Virus record (IMG/VR): IMGVR_UViG_3300037076_000477 | Location: 1-31,291 of that record | Reading direction: 5' to 3' (one strand) | Source of the DNA: a virus | Taxonomy: Duplodnaviria > Caudoviricetes | Length of the DNA: 31,291 nt | Part shown: positions 25,765 through 31,291 of the stretch, piece by piece | How positions within the stretch are numbered: the first letter of the stretch is position 1 | How the letters are laid out: each line of letters opens with the position of its first letter | Position numbers and translations under genes: made by a program | Notes under the pieces: generated by a model | The model's database searches: none | Told to the model about the DNA's origin: nothing | Seen by the model: only the letters and a program-made list of their open reading frames with translations

Positions 25765-26847
25765 TCAAAGAACAAAAGCGACCCGGAAGCCGATGTGGCC
25801 GTTCGCACCTCCTCGTCCACCGTAGAGGTTCAGGGCACGAAGCCCGGCACCGGCACCATCGTTCCAATAGCCGCCGCGGAGCGGAATAGACTCACCATTA
25901 GTATCAAACCAGAAATAATCGTCATGAGGTCCTGTTACCGATGGGAATATGGTCAGCTTCTTTAGTAGTTCAACACCGGCACAATCAGGGGAAACATCAT
26001 CAGCGCATATTGTATCTTTGAAAATGTGGCCGCTCCAGTTTCTTTTGGTAAATTTTGATATTCTTCCTTCATCATCAAATTTCAAAGCGCCTTCCGTACC
26101 TGGTTCTACCAAAGTTCCGTCTTCAAGTATTGCTTTCCATTGTGAACTTGATTTAGAAACATCGATTAAAGAAATAGCGGAGTTATTGTCAGGGATAATG
26201 TTTATTTCGCCGTCATTCAGGCGTAAGCCTTTGACCCATTCCAAAATATTCCCATTCAAATCATATATCCCGGATTCATTTCCGTTGTGCGAAGTTACAA
26301 TTCCTCCAGACCCGGCAAGCCATCTAGCCGGAAAACAATTATCTTTGAATTCTTTTTGATACGGTTCATGCATCCCCATAATAGTTTTAGATGAGAAGTC
26401 TTTACCATAGCGATTATTTCCCTGGACCCTGACTCCATTCATCACCTGATGGGAAATTATGGTAAGAACTGCCCATTCTGTATTTGAAATAAGATGGAAC
26501 CCTGTTATTGAGGATCCGTTATTCAGATCATTGCATGCCTGGTTTGAATTATCGAAGTTGATTGAATGAGCGACCATGCCGTTCTTTTGAATAACATATT
26601 TACCATCAAGAATTGAAGCCTGATATTTTCCAATAAATATTCTTCTTAATTTTCCATCGACAATGAAGGCGGGATGTGGATGAAAAGTATTCCCCATTGC
26701 ACAAAGGAATGTGGGTATTTCCACCATCTCATGTTGATTACCATATTGATCTAGTATCAGGTAATTGTCTTTTAAGCCGTTAACCGGTTTAATGTTTTCT
26801 GGCAATTCAACTTTGCTTGCAGCAGTTCCATTTTGTTCTTCGTTCAT
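25765..26847 (-). CDS. DGR target protein 2 (remote), C-type-lectin/FGE-like fold, no signal peptide
   Basis: Full-length paralog of 2085..3254 (HEMVEIP, HPAF, IFIGKY, WLAGSGG, DLNGN.WEW-like, DDYFW) with VR2 at the C-terminus and a charged N-terminus. Confidence 0.92.
   Translation of the reverse strand: MNEEQNGTAASKVELPENIKPVNGLKDNYLILDQYGNQHEMVEIPTFLCAMGNTFHPHPAFIVDGKLRRIFIGKYQASILDGKYVIQKNGMVAHSINFDNSNQACNDLNNGSSITGFHLISNTEWAVLTIISHQVMNGVRVQGNNRYGKDFSSKTIMGMHEPYQKEFKDNCFPARWLAGSGGIVTSHNGNESGIYDLNGNILEWVKGLRLNDGEINIIPDNNSAISLIDVSKSSSQWKAILEDGTLVEPGTEGALKFDDEGRISKFTKRNWSGHIFKDTICADDVSPDCAGVELLKKLTIFPSVTGPHDDYFWFDTNGESIPLRGGYWNDGAGAGLRALNLYGGRGGANGHIGFRVAFVL
25777..25885 (-). repeat. DGR variable repeat VR2
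   Basis: Ungapped 109-bp match to TR with 15 mismatches: 14 at TR adenines and one synonymous C>A (GGC>GGA at 25810). Confidence 0.95.
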
Positions 26848-27041
26848 TTATTCTCCGTGTTTTGTTTATTAATTGGTGAATTTATTGTCTCTCTAATGAT
26901 GCCTTGAGGTTGATTATTCTTATTAGCATTGGCTAATAATTCAGATAATTTCAATTCTTCAGCTTCATCTAATTTACTAAAGGTTTCGATAAAGGATAAT
27001 TGAAGTTCTCTCCATGCTCTTTTACTAAGATCATCCTGCAT
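26844..27041 (-). CDS. Hypothetical protein
   Basis: 65 aa, overlapping its neighbours. Confidence 0.55.
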   Translation of the reverse strand: MQDDLSKRAWRELQLSFIETFSKLDEAEELKLSELLANANKNNQPQGIIRETINSPINKQNTENK

Positions 27042-27327
27042 CAGCTATCTTCCTTCGTAACGAATCCCTGTGTACATATCTGTCTGTTGATTCAACCATT
27101 TTGTCAATATCTTTTTTGGCTATCCATCTCTCACCGCGTATCTCAACAAAAACGAGTAAACCGGTTTTAATAAATTTCTCTTCAAAAGTATTTCTGCTAA
27201 CATTCAACCGGAAAGATGCCTGATTATAATTATAAAGATCCCGCTCAGAGCTTAACCTTAATATTCTTCTGACTTCCTTTTGGAAGATTTCCATCTGCTT
27301 CTTTTCCAGTAATGTTAACCCATCCAT
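27031..27327 (-). CDS. Excisionase-like HTH protein
   Basis: LYNYNQASFRLNVSRNTF...I..G.L...RWIAKKDIDK fits the HTH_17/Xis pattern. Confidence 0.6.
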   Translation of the reverse strand: MDGLTLLEKKQMEIFQKEVRRILRLSSERDLYNYNQASFRLNVSRNTFEEKFIKTGLLVFVEIRGERWIAKKDIDKMVESTDRYVHRDSLRRKIADAG

Positions 27328-27328
27328 A

Positions 27329-27772
27329 TTATCCTTCCTTAATCTCTTTTATCATTTTATCAAGCTTGCTACAGATAGAGTTTTTTATTATCTCAAGTAC
27401 AGCGATCATCTGAGGCCTTTCTTCTTCTGTGAATTTTTCATCTTCTCCTATTTCCGATACTTTTAAGTTCAGCAGCTCCAGTTGATGAAATAGCGTAACT
27501 TCAATTTCTCTACAGGAAGAGTTCAGGTCCTTCCATGCCTGGGAAGGTTCACGGATTAAATTTTCTTTTCTTAACAGATCTTTTACTTCCTCATAGAAGC
27601 CAATAGAGAAGTTTGTAGAGATGTTCATGGCATAACTAAATGCCTGGGGAGTCATTTTAAGTTTCCTAGCTATAAAAGCATCAGAGATTTCCGGATGTGC
27701 CAGTTTCACTGCAGCAATCATTGCTTTGAGTTCTTCCTGGTATTTCTGATTCAAATTCTGTACTTCAGTCAT
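27329..27772 (-). CDS. HTH regulator (CII-like position)
   Basis: ISDAFIARKLKMTPQAFSYAM HTH, with a C-terminal helical DEKFTEEER segment. Confidence 0.55.
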   Translation of the reverse strand: MTEVQNLNQKYQEELKAMIAAVKLAHPEISDAFIARKLKMTPQAFSYAMNISTNFSIGFYEEVKDLLRKENLIREPSQAWKDLNSSCREIEVTLFHQLELLNLKVSEIGEDEKFTEEERPQMIAVLEIIKNSICSKLDKMIKEIKEG

Positions 27773-27832
27773 TCCATACTTCCGTAATTAATTTTGATAT
27801 GGTTTATAATAGTTTTTCATATCACATGTGAT

Positions 27833-28039
27833 TTAGCTTTGCTTAGGTTCTTTTGATTTATCTTTTGGGATCAGTATCAGTACATCTTTCCCATCGATTG
27901 TGTCCCGGAAGATTTCAACAGGATCTCCTTTTTCGAGCCCATTATCTGAGGAAAAGACTTTAGGAATAGAGAGTGCAAGCCCTCTTACTCCGTAAATTTG
28001 TGCGCTATGTTCGGCTATTTTGACCATTGTCTCTATCAT
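27833..28039 (-). CDS. AbrB/MazE/SpoVT-like DNA-binding protein
   Basis: GVRGLALSIPKVFSSDNGLEKGDPVEIF...VLILIP swapped-hairpin pattern. Confidence 0.7.
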   Translation of the reverse strand: MIETMVKIAEHSAQIYGVRGLALSIPKVFSSDNGLEKGDPVEIFRDTIDGKDVLILIPKDKSKEPKQS

Positions 28040-28056
28040 TTTAATAAATACTTATG

Positions 28057-28111
28057 CAAATATATACATTTTATTTTCTTTGTCAAGTAGAAATGTATAA
28101 TAATGTATATA
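28057..28111. promoter_or_regulatory. Divergent lysis/lysogeny switch: leftward promoter and candidate operators
   Basis: Minus strand TTGACA (28086-28081), then TATATTTG (28064-28057). Inverted TATACATTT (28063-28071) / AAATGTATA (28091-28099), plus AATGTATATA (28102-28111). Confidence 0.6.
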
Positions 28112-28142
28112 AATCTTATAAAATATTACTTTTAAGGCGGTT

Positions 28143-28829
28143 ATGAATGCATTATTTTGTATTACTATGAATTGGCAAGAATTTATTAACGATATTATGA
28201 GAGCGCGGAGAATTTCTGAAATGCAATTAGCCCAACTCTCTGGCATTACCCAGCCAACTATTCATAGATTGCGTAGAGGTGAAACTGAAAGGCCAAATCA
28301 AACAACAATTCGATTACTTGAGGAATCACTAAATATTAAGATTGAAGATTCAGATCCTGATGATATTAAATATGAGCCAAATCCAATGACTCAGGAACGT
28401 TTTGATAAATTACTTCAGGATGGATTAAAATTACAAGATGCTCTCCTGGTTAGAGAGTATCCATTATTGGCAACGGTTTATGCAGGTGAGCCAGCTATGT
28501 TAGAACATGTACATTATGACGAAAAGGCAGTCTTTGCTTATGACAAACAAGATCATACTTGTTTCGCTCTGAGAGTTTCCGGGAAAAGTATGGAGACAAC
28601 CTTAAGAGATGGTGATATTGTATTAGTTGATATCAGCATACCTATAACAGATGGTTGTCTTGTGGTAGTAAAACTCCGGGATGGATCTCAACTTATCAAA
28701 AGATATCATAACCTGGATGAGGTCTATATAAAATTGACATCTGATAATCATGAATACGGAGTTAGGTTAGTCAAGAAAGAAGATATCCAGGTATGTTATC
28801 GGGTTGTAAGTATTAATTTTTTCTTATAG
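28143..28829 (+). CDS. CI-like repressor (XRE HTH plus S24 peptidase)
   Basis: LAQLSGITQPTIHRL HTH; FALRVSGKSM, GDIVLVD and LIKR. Start may be 28167. Confidence 0.92.
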   Translation: MNALFCITMNWQEFINDIMRARRISEMQLAQLSGITQPTIHRLRRGETERPNQTTIRLLEESLNIKIEDSDPDDIKYEPNPMTQERFDKLLQDGLKLQDALLVREYPLLATVYAGEPAMLEHVHYDEKAVFAYDKQDHTCFALRVSGKSMETTLRDGDIVLVDISIPITDGCLVVVKLRDGSQLIKRYHNLDEVYIKLTSDNHEYGVRLVKKEDIQVCYRVVSINFFL

Positions 28830-28864
28830 AGATATTTCATTCTTTTAAAACTTATCGAGGGATT

Positions 28865-29167
28865 ATGAAATATATTTTCCTATTTCTCATTGTTTACAGC
28901 GGGTTTACGTTTTCACAAAAAGATACAATTTTTTTAATGGATGATACCTGGAAGGCAGGTACCATTGGTAAGGGTTATTGGGGTTATTATAAAATATACA
29001 CAGATTCAGGAGAGGTTAAAATATCTGATATAGATATAGACAAAATTAAATTCAGTGATGGAAGGTATATTAAACTTGAACATGAAACTCCGGAATATTA
29101 TGCGTTATACATCGGCATGGCGGCGGCCATAATCATTTTTTTAGCCTTAGCAGCTAAATCATTGTAA
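28865..29167 (+). CDS. Exported/membrane protein (lysogenic conversion region)
   Basis: Signal peptide ending TFS|Q and a C-terminal TM anchor. Confidence 0.65.
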   Translation: MKYIFLFLIVYSGFTFSQKDTIFLMDDTWKAGTIGKGYWGYYKIYTDSGEVKISDIDIDKIKFSDGRYIKLEHETPEYYALYIGMAAAIIIFLALAAKSL

Positions 29168-29242
29168 TAATATAATGTTTAATACATTGTGGACTCTTGA
29201 ATATCTAATTTTTTTAAAGAAACATTACTAACTGAGGTTTAT

Positions 29243-29722
29243 ATGAACAAATCTATACTATGGACATTTGTTTTATCACTCTCTTTTCTAATCTCATGCG
29301 CTTCTACAGGAGAAGTTGAATATCTAAGATCTGAGGTTAAAACTATACAGCAAAACTATGAAGACCTCTCAGATAAATATGGCCAGCTTCATGATCAAAT
29401 TGAAGCTCAGCATAATATGATATCGAATATTCATCTGACAGCTCCAAATACAGATGAAAATAAAACAACAGAAATAAAGAAAGAGGTATCAAGTACTCAG
29501 TGTAAAGCAATAACAAAGAAAGGATCCCAGTGTACCAGGAATGCGATTGCAGGAACAGATTATTGTTGGCAGCATTCAAAAAGTTCTGTGAAGACTGAAA
29601 AAAAAGATAGTAAAACAAATACCGGCGTTTCAGATAATACTATTCAGACAGGACCTCGAGGAGGGAAATATTATATCAATTCCCATGGTAATAAGACATA
29701 TATCAAAAAGGGGAAAAAGTAA
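29243..29722 (+). CDS. Lipoprotein with C3H motif and PBCV basic-adaptor-like tail
   Basis: Lipobox LIS|C; QCKAITKKGSQC...YCWQH; TGPRGGKYYINSHGNKTY. Confidence 0.75.
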   Translation: MNKSILWTFVLSLSFLISCASTGEVEYLRSEVKTIQQNYEDLSDKYGQLHDQIEAQHNMISNIHLTAPNTDENKTTEIKKEVSSTQCKAITKKGSQCTRNAIAGTDYCWQHSKSSVKTEKKDSKTNTGVSDNTIQTGPRGGKYYINSHGNKTYIKKGKK

Positions 29723-29723
29723 T

Positions 29724-30215
29724 ATGGAATATTCTGACATGCATCAATGTCCCATTTGTAAACAAAACATATTAAATACTTGGACCCATTGTCCTTATTG
29801 CTCGCCTACTCTTGTACAAGATTATAATAATATCGTAAAAAAGAAAAATAGAATAAGTTTAATCATTGCAGTAAGTGTTATTTGCTTTGTTATTTTAGTA
29901 AGTATAATTTCCTCCTCCAAGAATGATAATTCCACAGATGAAACGAAACCCGGAGTATATAATTCATCAGTTGATGGATCCGTATATGAAGTTGAACAAT
30001 ACTTAGAAACAAATCTCAAAGATCCCAAAAGTTATGATCCAATAAACTGGAGCAAGGTGTTTGATATGGGGATAGGGCATGCAACCCCCCATAGATTTTA
30101 TGTACGTCATAAATACCGTGCTAGAAATAGCTTTAATGGATATGTTATCGAAAATCAGATATTTTATTTAGATGATATTGGGAAAGTTATTAGTGTGAGG
30201 GAGGCCTTTGAATAG
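29724..30215 (+). CDS. Zinc-ribbon membrane protein
   Basis: CPIC...CPYC, one TM segment, LKDPKSY and YRARNSFNG. Start at MEYS (ORF track 29685). Confidence 0.7.
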   Translation: MEYSDMHQCPICKQNILNTWTHCPYCSPTLVQDYNNIVKKKNRISLIIAVSVICFVILVSIISSSKNDNSTDETKPGVYNSSVDGSVYEVEQYLETNLKDPKSYDPINWSKVFDMGIGHATPHRFYVRHKYRARNSFNGYVIENQIFYLDDIGKVISVREAFE

Positions 30216-30217
30216 CT

Positions 30218-31291
30218 ATGGCCACCATCGAAACATATAACGGATATCTTTATCTAAAATATTATGATAAGAACAAAAGATTCACGGTCCGCAAATCCCT
30301 GAAGATCAAAGCTACCCAGCAGGCACTTAGGGAAGTCAATAGAAAGCTCAAGGCAGGCGATTATAAGTACATTCTGGTTGATGATAAAGTAAAGATCAAA
30401 GATCTCAGACCACAGCTTACATTTCAGGATATCCTGGAAGACTATTATGTTTCAGAAGATCTTCAACCTGGTACCCGGTCAATTTATAAATATTCGGTAC
30501 ATCATCTTGAAGAAGCTGCCGGCAGGAAATATTTACATGAATATAACGAACAAGATTATACCAAATTGATTAACCATTTCAACCAGCTTCCAGTTTACCT
30601 CATTAAGAAGAACGATAAAACCGGAGAAAAAGAAAAAATATTACTCCGCACCGGTCTTAAGAAAAATTCAAAGAGTATGTATACCCGGGCTCTTCATGCA
30701 TTATTTGAGTACTTGGTTACTAAAAAATATATTTCTGCAAATATAATGAGCACGGTACCTCAGGAGGATAAAGAACCACGGCCAATCTTTGTTGATGATA
30801 TGAAGAAGATCCTTGATGAACTAAAGAAAACCAACAAACAGCAATATGACGTAATCTATTTTATTTACAACACCGGCATTAGAATAAGTTCAGCTCTGGC
30901 ATTGCGCTGGGAAGATATCAATTGGCAACAGGAAAATATTATTTTTAGAAATATTAAAGTCCAGGGAAAAGAATTTGAATTCCCAATGACTCCGCTATTA
31001 AAAGAATTACTTGAGGGGATGGGGAAGAAGCCAAAGGGTAAAATATTCCCTTATGTTAATAACAGCAGTTTGCATTTCTTTACCAAAGTACAGGAAACTT
31101 TGAAGCTTGATAATAGATATGGCCTGCACAAATTAAAGGCAACGTTTATTTCAGACATGGTAAATGATGGTGTTTCCCTTGAAGATCTCAGTCTGATATC
31201 TAATACTGATATCCGGACACTTAAAAAGTATTACACAAAATTAGATCAGAAACGTATCAAAGCCCGGCTTCAGGAAGTAAAGCGATTATAA
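30218..31291 (+). CDS. Tyrosine recombinase/integrase with atypical catalytic motifs
   Basis: YNTGIRISSALALRWEDI, GLHKLKATF, LISNTDIRTLKKYY. Confidence 0.88.
   Translation: MATIETYNGYLYLKYYDKNKRFTVRKSLKIKATQQALREVNRKLKAGDYKYILVDDKVKIKDLRPQLTFQDILEDYYVSEDLQPGTRSIYKYSVHHLEEAAGRKYLHEYNEQDYTKLINHFNQLPVYLIKKNDKTGEKEKILLRTGLKKNSKSMYTRALHALFEYLVTKKYISANIMSTVPQEDKEPRPIFVDDMKKILDELKKTNKQQYDVIYFIYNTGIRISSALALRWEDINWQQENIIFRNIKVQGKEFEFPMTPLLKELLEGMGKKPKGKIFPYVNNSSLHFFTKVQETLKLDNRYGLHKLKATFISDMVNDGVSLEDLSLISNTDIRTLKKYYTKLDQKRIKARLQEVKRL

Larger units (their letters stand above)
1..31291. mobile_element. Temperate prophage (lambda-like packaging/head module) carrying a DGR; probably incomplete at the edges
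   Basis: Integrase, CI repressor, replication initiator, TerS/TerL, portal, capsid, holin and lysozyme in typical modular order. No host housekeeping genes seen. att sites not identified in the window. Confidence 0.95.

Noticed and set aside
1151-26359. Numerous plus-strand ORFs antisense to the main genes (e.g. 5665..6024, 18980..19312, 24837..25073, 25949..26359)
   Set aside because: They overlap well-supported minus-strand genes or the tRNA and show no recognisable motifs, so they are treated as shadow ORFs.
28052-28246. 64-aa minus-strand ORF as Cro
   Set aside because: It is antisense to the CI 5' end, spans the promoter region, and has no HTH pattern.

Overview
This 31.3-kb window is an AT-rich temperate prophage segment with a lambda-like head and packaging module. 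Right to left it holds a tyrosine integrase, lysogenic-conversion membrane/lipoprotein genes, a CI-like repressor, a leftward early region (AbrB-like, CII-like and Xis-like genes, an initiator tRNA-Met, ParB, a J-domain protein, and a replication initiator with internal iterons), a gpZ-like gene, a cosQ/cosN-like site, TerS/TerL, gpW, portal, a protease-capsid fusion, head-tail joining genes, and holin/lysozyme. At the left end is a complete diversity-generating retroelement (DGR): target gene with VR1, avd, TR and RT. The main result is that one 109-bp TR (1566-1674) matches two variable repeats with adenine-specific changes. VR1 (2097-2205, 16/16 mismatches at TR adenines) lies in an adjacent late gene with a Sec signal peptide. 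VR2 (25777-25885, 14/15 at TR adenines) lies about 24 kb away in a signal-less paralog in the early region. No tail tube, tape measure or tail fibre gene is visible, although these could lie beyond the left edge. Other oddities are a small RHH-like protein that copies the TerL C-terminal tail, a Cys-rich insert in the protease-capsid linker, an AbrB-like gene in the Cro position, and non-canonical integrase catalytic residues. Gln at +1 after signal peptides and a TAnnTTTG promoter box suggest an FCB-group host (inference). All alignments and counts were done by eye, and family names come from motif recognition, not database searches.
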